DNA of 64,000 bases from Candidatus Woesearchaeota archaeon (GCA_046704725.1 JBJKRI010000008.1:1-64000); one strand, 5' to 3'; shown: positions 9,064-21,500, counted from the stretch's first letter. Notes: generated by a model not told the origin, from the sequence alone. Made by a program: numbers and translations.

Positions 9064-11157
9064 ATGCGCGCCGTCATGTGGGGGGTCGTCATCATCTTGC
9101 TCGCATCGCTCGTCCTCGCGGGTGCGGGGGACGTGAACAATGACGGTGTGGTGAACGTGCAGGACCTGTTGTTTGTCGTGCAGAACATCCATGCCGGTTC
9201 CTCCTTTAACACGGCCGCTGACGTGAACGGCGACGGTGTGGTGAACATCTTCGACCTCGTAGACGTCGCGCGCGATTTCGGGAAGACGTATGGTTCCGTG
9301 CCGTTCTTCAGTGATGGTTTCGAGCATTACGCTCCGGGGACTGGTGGCTTGTCCAGCCTCACCACAACGTATGATCCGGCTGGGAGCGGTTTTTCTTGGG
9401 ATCCGGGCAACAATAATCCTGGTGGTGTAGCGTCTGTTACGGTGACTGATGCGATCGCGCATTCGGGTAATCATAGTCTTGATTTCTTTTTTCCAGGCGG
9501 GGCGAACGGGTCTGACTCCTCCGCCGAGCAGCGTTTGTCTTTTGGGCGCAACCTCTCTGAGGTCTGGTTGAGCTATTACATCTACTTGCCTGATGGCACG
9601 CATGGACTGTGGAATCGTTTCGTGCACCGGTACGATCCGAACGGTCCGAACAATGACAAGTTCATCGATATTTGGGGCAGCCAGTACAGCGTGCTGAACG
9701 GCGGGGGGATCCTCATGGGCTTCAGTACGAACATGGGCTCGACCGGTGGTTGGATCGAGAGCAGTTGGGGATCTGACAATATCGTGTGCACCGGGACCCA
9801 GATCGTGGATATCTACCCGAGTTGTGGTACGGGTGCTGGTTGGACTCCGCGTGGTTCGTGGCCGAACGGTTATCTCGGGCGTTGGTTGCATGTGCAAGCG
9901 CATGTCAAGCTCGCGCATAATGTGACCGCTTCTGACGGCTCGATGTACTTAATCATCGATGGAACGGTGTTCAGCAACCGGACGGGCCTTGCCATGTCGG
10001 GTCGTGCGGGGTATGATTATCTTGCGAATGCGTATCTTTGGGGGTGGGCGAACAGCGGTTTCTCGAATGACACGCATGTCTTCGTGGATGATTTCAAGAT
10101 CTATGATACGAATCCTGGCTGGTTCGCCAGCGACACCACTCCCCCCGTCGTTTCTGGCGGTTATACGACCGGAAAGCTGTCAGCGGGGATGACGAGCGCG
10201 ACGCTCGCTGTCACGACGAACGAGAACGCAACATGCAGATACAGCACGACAGCCAATACCGCGTACGGCAGCATGACGAACACGTTCAGCACGACCGGCG
10301 GCACGTCGCATTTCACGACGGTCTCCGGTCTGTCCGACGGGCAGAACTATATGTATTACGTCCGTTGCATGGATGTTTCTGGGAACGCTGACTCTAGCGA
10401 CTACGCGGTGAACTTCTTGGTAGCGAATCCGGCGAGCGCGTTGCATCCTCACGAGCCGGCCGGCATGACCGTCATCGGCGATGACAACGGGAGCGTGGCG
10501 CAAGCGAACGGACACGCTTTTGGCATCACCGCTTTCGGCGGCTGGACCGATCCGAGCAATGTCGTCAATTACACTGATCCGACGAATCCTGTGGGGAGCG
10601 GAAAGTCCGTCGAGTTCCATTGGTTATCCTCGATGAGCGGCGCGGCGAAATCGTTCGCATCGTTCACGCCCTACCACCAATTGTACGTCTCGTTCTGGGT
10701 GTACTATGTATACACCGGGACGGAATGGCAGAACGGGCAGAAGTTCTTCTACTTCGGGCTGCTCAACGGAGGAAGGCCCACCTACACGGATTTCTACTTG
10801 GATCGTCCTGCAAGCTCGATTCCGGAGCCCATCCGCGTCGTCAATCAGAACGGTGGAGCAGTGAACCCGATGATCGATACCGCGTATTCGCCCCCGCAGG
10901 GCACGAATACCAAACCGCTGGTGATGAACCAGTGGATACACGTCGAGCTGCTCGCCACGGACGAGACGAATTCGAGCGCGAACGACGGTTCAGTCTATAT
11001 GTGGGTTGATGGCAAACTCGCGGGCTATCTCGACAACGCTGATTGGGGGACCGGCGGCGGAAGCGGATTCGCAGGGATGGAATGGTACGCGCACGCGAAC
11101 AGCGTTCCTGTCGACTCCATCTATCGGATTGGGGAGCTGTATATCGCTGGTAAATAG
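9064..11157 (+). CDS. Secreted N-terminal dockerin-like + lyase-like + Ig-like + jelly-roll protein
   Basis: ATG 9064 lies about 25 bp after a TATA; signal peptide; GDVNNDGVVNVQDL; GWANSGF..DDFK..NPGW module; HPHEPAGMT module. Confidence 0.85.
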   Translation: MRAVMWGVVIILLASLVLAGAGDVNNDGVVNVQDLLFVVQNIHAGSSFNTAADVNGDGVVNIFDLVDVARDFGKTYGSVPFFSDGFEHYAPGTGGLSSLTTTYDPAGSGFSWDPGNNNPGGVASVTVTDAIAHSGNHSLDFFFPGGANGSDSSAEQRLSFGRNLSEVWLSYYIYLPDGTHGLWNRFVHRYDPNGPNNDKFIDIWGSQYSVLNGGGILMGFSTNMGSTGGWIESSWGSDNIVCTGTQIVDIYPSCGTGAGWTPRGSWPNGYLGRWLHVQAHVKLAHNVTASDGSMYLIIDGTVFSNRTGLAMSGRAGYDYLANAYLWGWANSGFSNDTHVFVDDFKIYDTNPGWFASDTTPPVVSGGYTTGKLSAGMTSATLAVTTNENATCRYSTTANTAYGSMTNTFSTTGGTSHFTTVSGLSDGQNYMYYVRCMDVSGNADSSDYAVNFLVANPASALHPHEPAGMTVIGDDNGSVAQANGHAFGITAFGGWTDPSNVVNYTDPTNPVGSGKSVEFHWLSSMSGAAKSFASFTPYHQLYVSFWVYYVYTGTEWQNGQKFFYFGLLNGGRPTYTDFYLDRPASSIPEPIRVVNQNGGAVNPMIDTAYSPPQGTNTKPLVMNQWIHVELLATDETNSSANDGSVYMWVDGKLAGYLDNADWGTGGGSGFAGMEWYAHANSVPVDSIYRIGELYIAGK
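9220..9275 (+). repeat. 56-bp identical direct repeat (second half of dockerin), second copy at 11358-11413
   Basis: gacgtgaacggcgacggtgtggtgaacatcttcgacctcgtagacgtcgcgcgcga at both sites. Confidence 0.9.
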
Positions 11158-11198
11158 TCCTTAGAAACGTTTATATGGTTTGTTTCTAGGGTGGATTC

Positions 11199-13280
11199 GT
11201 GCGTGCTGCAATCGCTTTCGGAACGTTCTGTGCACTATTGCTTTGCGTGTCGATCGTCCTCGCGGGCGCGGGCGATGTGAACGGTGACGGCGTGGTGAAC
11301 GTGCAGGACCTCCTGCTCGTGGTGCAGAACATCCACGCAGGAACCATCGGGAACGCCGACGTGAACGGCGACGGTGTGGTGAACATCTTCGACCTCGTAG
11401 ACGTCGCGCGCGACTTCGGCAAGACGTACTCCACCCCCTCCTCGGGAGGCGCTCCGTCGTATTCCGACGGTTTCGAGAGCTACGCGCTCAACACCACGCT
11501 TGACGCTACTTCCGCCACCGGCTTCTCCTGGAACGGCGGTTCCCCGAACGTGGTCGTGTCCGACCAGATCGCTCGCACCGGGAACAAGAGCCTCGAGTTC
11601 CTCTACCATGGCAAGCCTCCTGGCGGGGACGCCACGGCGGAGCAGCGTTTCACGTTCGCGCCCAACGCGTCGACCGCGCCGAGCGAGGTCTGGATGGAGT
11701 GGTACGTGTACTTCCCGAAGAATTTCGTGTATAGGACTGATGGCGTCGCGTTGAACAACAAGCTTTTCAACATTTGGGCCGAGACCTACTCTGCCTCGCC
11801 CAACTTTGATATGGAGTATCAGGGATCCACCAGCAGCATAAGTCCACATGTTAACATCTACACTAGTGGAGGACCGAACTCTGCCAACTTCCATTTCGAT
11901 ACGTATCAGATCTGGACGAATGATGCCTCTGTGGCGGGCGCGTGGCACCAGATTCGGCTATACATGCGGCTGGGAAATGGCAATACCGACCTCGGCGCCA
12001 TCGACGTCTGGTTCGATGGCAAGTTGGTCGTGCATTTACGCACGAACGAATTACCTTTCTATGATACCGCGCATAACTATTTCCGAAACGGCTATCTCAT
12101 GGGATGGGCGAACACCGGCTTCACGAACGACACTGCCTTCTATATTGATGACCTAAAGGTCTACACGAGCGATCCCGGGTGGTTCGCGCCACCGAACATC
12201 ACGAGCAGCTCTCCGTCCGGAACGCTCAATGCAGGAACGACGAACACGACGCTGTCCGTCACGACCAACGAGAACGCGACGTGCAAGTACAGCACGACAG
12301 CAGGAACCGCGTACAGCAGCATGGCAAGCACGTTCTCCACGACCGGAGGGACCGTGCATTCCACGTCGGTCTCCGGATTGACGGACGGGAACAGCTACAC
12401 GTACTACGTCCGTTGCGAGGACACCTCAGGCAATGCAGATACGAGCGACTATGGGGTGTCCTTCTCCGTCGCTTCCGCCTCCGCTTCGACGTCATTGTAT
12501 TCCGACGGTTTCGAATCCGACGCTGTCGGTTCCACCGTGACGGGGACCGGGAACCAGAACTTCATGTGGCTCGGAGGCGACGTGTCCATCCACGTATCGA
12601 ACCTGCTCGCCCATTCCGGCAGCAACAGCCTCCGGCTGGAGTACAATCACTTCAGCACCGACCCGAGCACGTACTCCTCGAACGAGCAGCGGTTCAACTT
12701 CACACCGAGCAAGGAGGTGTGGTTCGAGTACTACATCTACTTCCCGAGCGGGAACGAAGGGCTCGGACTAAACCGGTACGTCCAGCGCGACTCTCCGGAC
12801 GGCATCAACAACAAGCTCTTCACGCTGTGGGCGGATAGCTACAGCGCCGACCCGCTCGTCGTGTACCAGACCTGGTCGAACGGCACGACGGGAAACAACT
12901 TCCTGAACTATGGGGGCACGGAAGCGGACCCGACCCATCCTGCTCTGGTGCTGTATCCGGACACGTCCGGTACCACCATCACGGGAACGTACGGCAACCA
13001 TTACATGTACGTCGGCGACGGCGTCAAGCGCGGGCAGTGGACACAGATGCGTTTCCACCTCAAGGTCGCGGACTACGGGCAGAAGAACGGTGAGGAGGAA
13101 GTGTGGGTGAACGGCAAACAGGTGCTCCAGACGTTGAACCTTCCGCTCTACGACCCGACGAACACCGCCAACTACTTCGCCCACGGGTATCTGATGGGAT
13201 GGGCGAACAGCGGTTTCAACGTGAACACGAGCGTCTTCATCGACGACTTCAAGCTCTATACGTCGAATCCAGGCTGGTAG
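11199..13280 (+). CDS. Secreted N-terminal dockerin-like + two lyase-like modules separated by an Ig-like domain
   Basis: Signal peptide; dockerin; two SDGFE...NNKL...GYLMGWAN.GF...DD modules. Confidence 0.85.
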   Translation: MRAAIAFGTFCALLLCVSIVLAGAGDVNGDGVVNVQDLLLVVQNIHAGTIGNADVNGDGVVNIFDLVDVARDFGKTYSTPSSGGAPSYSDGFESYALNTTLDATSATGFSWNGGSPNVVVSDQIARTGNKSLEFLYHGKPPGGDATAEQRFTFAPNASTAPSEVWMEWYVYFPKNFVYRTDGVALNNKLFNIWAETYSASPNFDMEYQGSTSSISPHVNIYTSGGPNSANFHFDTYQIWTNDASVAGAWHQIRLYMRLGNGNTDLGAIDVWFDGKLVVHLRTNELPFYDTAHNYFRNGYLMGWANTGFTNDTAFYIDDLKVYTSDPGWFAPPNITSSSPSGTLNAGTTNTTLSVTTNENATCKYSTTAGTAYSSMASTFSTTGGTVHSTSVSGLTDGNSYTYYVRCEDTSGNADTSDYGVSFSVASASASTSLYSDGFESDAVGSTVTGTGNQNFMWLGGDVSIHVSNLLAHSGSNSLRLEYNHFSTDPSTYSSNEQRFNFTPSKEVWFEYYIYFPSGNEGLGLNRYVQRDSPDGINNKLFTLWADSYSADPLVVYQTWSNGTTGNNFLNYGGTEADPTHPALVLYPDTSGTTITGTYGNHYMYVGDGVKRGQWTQMRFHLKVADYGQKNGEEEVWVNGKQVLQTLNLPLYDPTNTANYFAHGYLMGWANSGFNVNTSVFIDDFKLYTSNPGW
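11256..11341 (+). repeat. 86-bp identical direct repeat (first half of dockerin), second copy at 13380-13465
   Basis: gtcctcgcgggcgcgggcgatgtgaac...catccacgcagg read identically at both sites. Confidence 0.9.
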
Positions 13281-13316
13281 ATACGTTTTTATTGTGTTTT
13301 CCGTAGATGCGTCTCG

Positions 13317-15404
13317 ATGCGTATCCGGTCTGGTCTGGTCGTCGGTGTCTTCCTGAGCGTGCTGCTCGTCTGCTCCGTGGTCCTCGCGGGCGCGGGCGAT
13401 GTGAACGGTGACGGCGTGGTGAACGTGCAGGACCTCCTGCTCGTGGTGCAGAACATCCACGCAGGGAGCTCGTTCAATGCCGCGGCTGACGTGAACGGTG
13501 ATGGTGTCGTCAACATCTTCGACCTCGTGGATGTCGCCCGTGATTTCGGTAAAACATATTCCACTGGAAAAGGTTTTGCGGTTATTCCGTATTTTTCCGA
13601 TGGTTTCGAGAACGCAACGGTAGGCAGCCACATTAATGGACGGGGTGCGGACGGTTTCAGATGGGGTTCTTATGATGGCCATTGCGTCGTGAGCACGGCC
13701 ATGGCTCATTCAGGCAATAAGTCGTTGTTGATCCAATACCCGGTAGCGGCGGCCGGAAGCGACAGCTTCGCAGAGCAGTACTTCGAGTTGGCGCCGAACG
13801 CTTCGACAGCGCCGAAGGAGGTCTGGATCGAGTGGTACGTCCACTTCCCGTCCAACTATGTATTCCGGTATACTGAGAGTCCCAATAACAACAAGCTCTG
13901 GGCCATCTGGGCGGAGACGTATTCACACTCGCCGTTCGTGGACCTGGAATACCAGGGCACGTCCAGCAGCGTCAATCCCCTCGTGAACTACTACACTGTA
14001 TATCAAGGGTCGAGCACCAACAGGGGCGGCTCTTTCTTCGACCGGCGCCAGATATGGTCGGTGGATTCCGATGTGGCCGGCGAATGGCACCAGATCCGGC
14101 TCCATCTGCGCCTCGGTGATGGCGGCGCTACGGACAATGGCGTCGCGGATATGTGGTTCGACGGTAACCGTATAGGCCACCTGCGCGGCAATGACTCGCC
14201 CTTCTACGACACCACGAACAACTATTTCCGCAACGGCTACATCATGGGATGGGCGAACGCTGGGTTCTCGAATACGACCTCGTTCTACATCGACGATTTC
14301 AAGGTCTACGCGAGCGATCCCGGGTGGTTCGCGCCACCGAATATCACGATCAGTTCACCCGCTGGGACTCTCAGTGCAGGAACGACGACCACGACGCTCT
14401 CCGTGACGACGGACAAGAACGCGACATGCAGATACAGCACCACAGCGAACACCTCATATAGCAGCATGGCAAACACATTCTCCACGACCGGCGGGACGAC
14501 TCACTCAGCCACCGTCTCCGGACTCGTCGGCGGGCAGTCCTACACGTATTACGTGCGGTGCGTGGACGCTTCTGGGAGTGCAGACACGAGCGATTACCCG
14601 ATCATGTTCTCGGTCGCGGCTACGACCGGTCCATCAACGTTCCACGAGCCGGCCGGCATGACGACGATATTCAACATGACGGGGAACACGAAGGACTGGG
14701 ACAGCACGGCGTACAACGGCTCCTCCATCATTTTCTACGGCAAGAACTGGGGGAATCCCGCGGAGGGGAGCACGGGCCCGTTCACGGGCAGGGTGAGCGT
14801 CGTGGACGACCCGGCAGCGCCGTACGGCAAAGCGGTACAGGTGTTATTCCCCAACGGAACCGGTGAAGGTTTCTCGGGACTGGCCGTACTCTCCTTCGGA
14901 CAGCCGTACCGCAAGATGTATCTTCGCGCCACGTTCGAGTACAATCCCGACTGGCAACAGCACCCCTCGGGAACGACCAAGCTCTTCTACTACGGCATCC
15001 CCGGCCATCTGAACGCGTTCTACCCGCAGATGCACGGGTCGAGCTGGAACATGCGATGGAGGGACCAGTACTCCGGTGCGAACGCGCTGACCGCGGACCC
15101 GGACGTTCCGGCGTACTTTCCACCGGGAAGCTACCACACCCTCGAGATCTATCAGGTCGAGTCGCACAGCGGGGCCAGCGACGGCTCGATGACGCTCTGG
15201 CTGGACGGCAAGAAGATAGATGTCTGGAAGGACCTGGCGATTGGCTCCCTTGTGAACCTCACACAACCCGTGTACAATTTCACCGGAGGACAATTGCTGG
15301 ATGGCGCGCAGCTCGGGACGTACTGGGGTGGTTCAGGAGGCTTCCACAAGACGCAGAACGACTGGATGCGCTGGGGGGACATCTTCATCGCCGGCTCGAA
15401 CTGA
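13317..15404 (+). CDS. Secreted N-terminal dockerin-like + lyase-like + Ig-like + jelly-roll protein
   Basis: Paralogue of 9064 and 11199; FHEPAGMT module at about 14640. Confidence 0.85.
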   Translation: MRIRSGLVVGVFLSVLLVCSVVLAGAGDVNGDGVVNVQDLLLVVQNIHAGSSFNAAADVNGDGVVNIFDLVDVARDFGKTYSTGKGFAVIPYFSDGFENATVGSHINGRGADGFRWGSYDGHCVVSTAMAHSGNKSLLIQYPVAAAGSDSFAEQYFELAPNASTAPKEVWIEWYVHFPSNYVFRYTESPNNNKLWAIWAETYSHSPFVDLEYQGTSSSVNPLVNYYTVYQGSSTNRGGSFFDRRQIWSVDSDVAGEWHQIRLHLRLGDGGATDNGVADMWFDGNRIGHLRGNDSPFYDTTNNYFRNGYIMGWANAGFSNTTSFYIDDFKVYASDPGWFAPPNITISSPAGTLSAGTTTTTLSVTTDKNATCRYSTTANTSYSSMANTFSTTGGTTHSATVSGLVGGQSYTYYVRCVDASGSADTSDYPIMFSVAATTGPSTFHEPAGMTTIFNMTGNTKDWDSTAYNGSSIIFYGKNWGNPAEGSTGPFTGRVSVVDDPAAPYGKAVQVLFPNGTGEGFSGLAVLSFGQPYRKMYLRATFEYNPDWQQHPSGTTKLFYYGIPGHLNAFYPQMHGSSWNMRWRDQYSGANALTADPDVPAYFPPGSYHTLEIYQVESHSGASDGSMTLWLDGKKIDVWKDLAIGSLVNLTQPVYNFTGGQLLDGAQLGTYWGGSGGFHKTQNDWMRWGDIFIAGSN

Positions 15405-15595
15405 ATATTCCGTGGCCCTTTTCATCGAGGCTCGCTCCCATGGAGACACTGGATTTCTCACGTATGATGATCGAGTTGTGGGAGGGGAGAATCGTTTTGC
15501 TGCTGACTGCAGCGTTGCACAGGAAATCCCTGCGTGGAGCATCGTTTCCGATGTATGGAAGAAAACCGTAGTCTTTAAAAGGGATTGCTCGGGGT

Positions 15596-18500
15596 ATGAG
15601 GTCGGGTATGGGAGAGAGAAGGCTACTTCTCGGGGGGGCCGTAGGGCTCTTGTTCGCAGTCGTGATTCTCGTACTGCTCAGTGGCTTCCACTGCACTGCC
15701 GGGACCCATACCTGCACGTTCTCCGGCATGCAGCAAGCGACCCCCCAAGAGCGGAGCGCTCTCTCCCATCGCCTCCATCTTCCCGTTTCGTCGTACACGA
15801 TAGACCCGCTCACGAACGCGAGCACCGCCACCTTGACCGACGGCGGCAACACCGTCACCCTCGAGGATATCCCTGCGGGCGCAGAACCGTACGTGCATTT
15901 CTCCCACAACGATCCTGCAGTGCGATCAGAGGTCATTAATGGTGTCCGGGCGCATCGGCAAGCAGCGACGATATCCCTGCGAGCGAACGGACCGATACAG
16001 AGCATCGGTCAATGCGAGAACTTCGACGAAGAGCTAGAAAAGTGCGACGGCGTCTGGAAGGCAACGACGATCCCGTTCACGCAGAAAGGGGATGTCATCT
16101 CGTTCCACGTGGATGGATTCAGCGCCTACGCGGGCCTCTCGAAGCAAGGTCCGAGCTATGTTGGAGCGCAGAGCGCATCCCCGGTGGTCACGCTCATCAG
16201 CCCGACGGACGGCCTGAACACGACCGACGGGAACACGACGTTCGAATCGAACGTGACCGACGACTACTACGTGGAGAACGCGACGCTCTACACGAACAAG
16301 ACCGGGACCTGGTCCCCCCACGAGACGCGATGGAACGGGGAGATCCCCTACAACGACTCAGGCCTGCTCGTGCTCTTGCACCTCAACAACGAGAGCTTCG
16401 TCGGCGAGAACAGCACGCACGTCTATGACTGGTCGGGGAACGGCAACAACGGCACGGTGGACGGCAACACAGCACTCAACGCATCAGGGGAGTTCGGCAA
16501 TGCCTACACCTTCTACGGCGGCGGAGCGGACCACATCGCGATGCCGGATGGGATGCTCGACTCGCTCAGCAAAGGGACTGTCAGCTTCTGGTTCCATCCG
16601 GGTGGCACGAGCCATTCCTACCAAGACATCTTCGGCACGCACGGTTCCAGCGGAGGAGCGATCGAGCTCGCCTATATGCCCGGGTCCGGCCAGACCATCT
16701 GGGAGAACGGCGGCACCGGAGGATGCACGGGAACGCCCATCTCGCAGTCCTGGTCCATCAGCAACCCGAACAAGTGGCACATGTACACCTTTGCGGTGAA
16801 CGGCTCCGGGACGAAGATCTATCTCGATGGATCCTTGGTGTACTCGAACGCGTCTCTCACGTGCTTCTACAGCAATTTCTCGCAATCCGCGACGACCTAC
16901 TACTCACTGGGGTGCGGAGCCACCACCACGCCGACTTGCTATAGCCCTGAGGTGTATGAAGGCAGTCTCGACGAGTTCTCGATCTGGAACAGGAGGCTCA
17001 ACAGTTCACAGATCGCCGCGCTGTACAACTACACCAAGACGTCGCTATCGCCGGCCTTCCAGAACGTATCCCTGACCCCCGGAAATTATTCCTGGAACGT
17101 GAGGGCCGAGGATAACGACACGAACATCGCGTGGGCCGCCAACAGGACGCTCAAGATACGGGCGCCGCCGACATACACCCCAGGGGTCACGCTGCTCAGC
17201 CCGGCCGGGAGGAACTTCACGCTCGACCGGACGCTGACCTTCACCGCGAACGCGCAGAGCAATAGCACGCTGCGCTACGCGCAGCTCTATGTATGGAACA
17301 GCACGGGCGGAACGGCCGTGAACGGGAACATCTGGGCGGGCAGCGACTCCGCAGGGGGGCTTGGGAAGACCTATCCCGACGGGACGGAGGTCAACTATAC
17401 CGCTGTCGCGGCGGCGGACGGTGACGGCGTCGCGTTCGACGGCACGTACATCTGGTCCACACAGGAGGAGAACGGAGACGTCTCGCGCACGGCGCTCAAC
17501 GGTAGCACCACGATGTACCCGACCATACTGTACGCCGACCATCATATGCTCGCGGTCGGCAGCGGGACGGTCTGGGCGACGAACCCGACCCACGACGCCG
17601 TGACGAAGATATATCCCAACGGGAGCACGGTCAACTACACCGTCCCCGGACAACCAGGCGATATCGCATCGGATGGGACGGACATGTGGGTGACGTTCCC
17701 CGCGAACGACTCTGTAGCGAAGATCACGCCGAGCGGGACCGTCACGATGTACAACGGAACCGGCTCCGAACCGTTCGCAATCGCGTTCGATGGCACGAAC
17801 ATGTGGGTCGCTTGCTACGGCGACCAGATCATCACGAAGGTCGCTCCGAACGGCACCATGACGAACTACAGCGGATCGGGATACAAAAACACCAACGGAG
17901 ATCTTCCTGGAGCGATGGCGTTCGATGGCACGAATATGTGGACTGCGAACGGGCTCGGGCACTCTGTGACGCGGATCGCTCCCAACGGCTCGATGACGAA
18001 CTACTCCCTAGGAACGCGCAGGGCGCAGGGGATCGCTTTCGACGGCGCGAATATGTGGGTGGCGGACGACGGCTCGAGCACGGTGACGCGCATCCTGCCG
18101 AACGGCTCGTACACGGACTTTCCGACCACCCTCCACCCGGAGACCGTCACCTTCGACGGCGCGCCGCTCGCGCCGCTCTACCACTACAATCTCCTCTCCG
18201 GGAATACAGAGAACACGTCATTCAACTACACGTTCACCAAAGGCGGTACGTACACCTGGAACGTGAAGATGTGCGACCAGAACGGCATCTGCGAGTGGGG
18301 AACGAACAGGACCATCGCGGTAGACCCCCTCAAGACCATCGCTTTCGTGCAGGAAGCGGGGAATACCCTATATGCCTCTAGCAATCTCAGCTCGCAGACG
18401 TTCACGAGCGACGTGACGCCAGGAGACACGATCATCGCGATTGTGAGCTGGGACCCGAGCGGCGGCGGCTCGCAGAGCCTGAATATCACTGACGATCAGG

Positions 18501-21500
18501 GCGACACTTTCCAACAGGCGAGCGCTTCACCGCAAGTCAATCAATCGGCGTTCAGCCAGACCGCGACGCTGTTCTACGCGCTGAACGCGACGGGTGGCCC
18601 GACAAATGTCACGGCGACCTTCGGGGCGCAGCGGTATTTCCGCTCTCTCACCATCCTCGAATACGCCAATGTCTCAACCACGAACGCGGAGGACGACTCC
18701 GTTAGCACCGCGAAGACCACGGGCGTGGTGAACCCTGGGACCCTGAACCCGACGCAGGAAGGGGATGTCGTGGTAGCGATGGGGGTTGCAGGGAATAACA
18801 CGTTCACGCATCGTGAAGGATTTACCCTTCGCCGGCACGACAGCACGGATGAACTGGATGTTATCGATTCCATCCACAACACGTCATCACCCATCCAGTC
18901 GTACTGGACGACGCCGAACAGCAGCTACGCGGCGATCGCAGGAGCCTTCAAGGCGCAGTCCTTCACATCCATAGCGACCCAGACCTGCGCTCCAGAGTGG
19001 TTCCAGTCCCTGAGAGTCACTGGGGTGCTCACCTGCGAGAACACGACGATCTCAGCGACATCCCTGGATATCACGTCCGGAGGGCGCCTCATACTGCGAA
19101 ACGCGACGCTCATCACCGGACAGAGCACGATCGACGGAAGCCTGACGGTACACAACAGCAAGAACAGCGTCTGGCAGAACAGCAACCTCACCATCAACGG
19201 GAACTACACGCTCGACAACAGCACGCTCCACCTCAACGTGAGCACGAGCGGAGCATTCGGCATCACCGTGAACACGAGCGGGCACCTCATCCTCGCGAAC
19301 AACAGCAACATCACCAACGGCGGCGGTAGCGCGAGCTCGTACATCGTGGTGAACGGCACGCTCACAGCGACGGACAGCGTCCTGGAACACCTCGGAACCA
19401 ATTCCATCGCAGGAATCACGGGCAACGGAACGTACTCCTTCGAGCGCGCGAACATCTCTGGGAGTATGGATGCGAACGGGAAGCTCAATTTCCTCGACTC
19501 GACGCTCAACACCACGCTGAACACCGCGATGAAGCTCGAATCAGGGAGCGACGGGAGCGTCATCAACAACAGCAACGTGCAAGGTGCTATCACAGTCCTC
19601 AGCCTATTGACCTCCAACACGAACATCACGAACTCCCGATTCTACGGGCTCGTCGGATGGAACACCGGCTCGAACCCGAACATCAAGTTCGACCACAACA
19701 ACCTGACAGTGACAGGGAACGGCGGCATGCGCTCATACTCCGGCAGCGGACGGACGATGACGAACGTGCGCATCGACGTGATCGCAGGCAACACCGGCGT
19801 ACGGACGGGATTCCAGACGGACGACCTGGAGAACTTCACTATCGTCGGTGAAGGGAACGGCGTCGGGCCGGGGACGATGACCGGAGCGAACTGGACGAAC
19901 TTCGTCGTGAACATGACCGGAACGAACGATCCCGTGAACTTCGGAGGATGCACGGGCTGCACGCTGAAGAACTGGACGGTCATCGGCAACGCGTCTGGAC
20001 ACGCGCTCATCACAGGGACGGGCGTGACCGACACGCGCTTGGACGATCTGAAGCTCGAGATGCACGCCGCGAACATGGTCGGCCTGAATGTCACAGACAC
20101 GGAGAACGTGACCATAGAGAACGGAAGCATTACATCGAACAGCACCGGAGCGACGGGGATCAACTTCGTGGAGCAATCGACGAACCACTCCTCGTACACC
20201 CTCGTGAACACCACATTCCTCTCGCTCGACCAGAGCGGCTGCAGCGCAGCGACCAATTGCACCGCGACGGTGGAGTGGTTCGCGCGGGCCAACGTCACGG
20301 ACAACCAGGGGGCGGACGTTTACGGCGCGTCGGTGAATATCACGAACGTGACAGGAAGCCTGGTCTCGAGCACGACGACAGACATGAGCGGGCTTTCCCC
20401 CTACGAAGCTGTGATCGCCTACACGCTGCATAACGGCGTCGAATCCACGCAGAACAATCACACGGTCAGCGCCAGTAAGAGTGGCTATTCCGGGAGCACA
20501 TCGGTGAACGTCACCGGCACGACCACCGCCAACCTGACCATCACGCAGCCGGAGACGGTCTGCGTCAACGAGACAGGGGTGTGCTGGACGACGATACAAG
20601 GAGCGATCGACAACGCCACGTCCGGGCAGACGGTCGTCATCACGGACAACCGGACGTACAACGAGAACCTGAGCACCAGTGTTCCGCTCACCATAACGAG
20701 CAATGGCACAGAGATGCCGATGATATCGGATCAGGACGCGACAGCGATACAAGGGAACAATCTCACCATCGACCGCGTGCGCATAAACGTCACCGGCAGT
20801 GCTGCGAACATCTATGGTATTCAAGGAAGCAACAACACAGTGAGGAACACTGTCCTTTACGTCAATACCAGCGGTTCCGGGGTGGCAGCGATATCAGGCC
20901 CATCCGGTCTTATCGATATCAATCATACCAACATCACTCTCGCTGGAACGGTCAACGGAGTCGTCGTCGGGAGCTATGGGAAGAACGGATCATTACGTAT
21001 CGACCATACAAGGATAACAGGAAGCACAGTGTACTTCTTGGGATTGTATTTCCAAGACGACGTAGACCTACGAAATACTTTCATTAACGGAACCGGTAGA
21101 GGCGTGCGGCGGTCCACCAACGGAAATACCCTCATGAGGAACATGACAATACTCACGAATGGAAATGCTATTTCGGCGGGATCGAATAGCGGACCGCTTA
21201 CCGTTTGGAATAGCCTGCTGAACGCATCCGGAGGAAACGATGCCGCTTGGGTCTCCAACAGCACGAACATCTATAACTCCATCCTGGATGGTGGACTAAG
21301 CATCAAGACGTATGGGAAGAATGCTGGGCAGGGGATACGCGTCGTTAATAGCACCCTCTATTCAGGGGTCATCATTGAACCAGGTTCGGACGGGACGATC
21401 TTCAACTTCACGATAGTCAATAGCAGCACGGCATCCATCGGTATCATGAACCACAACTGGACTGTGGGTAGCGCTGTGACTATGCAGAAGTATTTGCAGG

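Noticed and set aside
15405-15595. Possible ncRNA or small gene upstream of the giant ORF
   Set aside because: No convincing structure or coding signal; only a TATA-like TTTAAAA near 15574.
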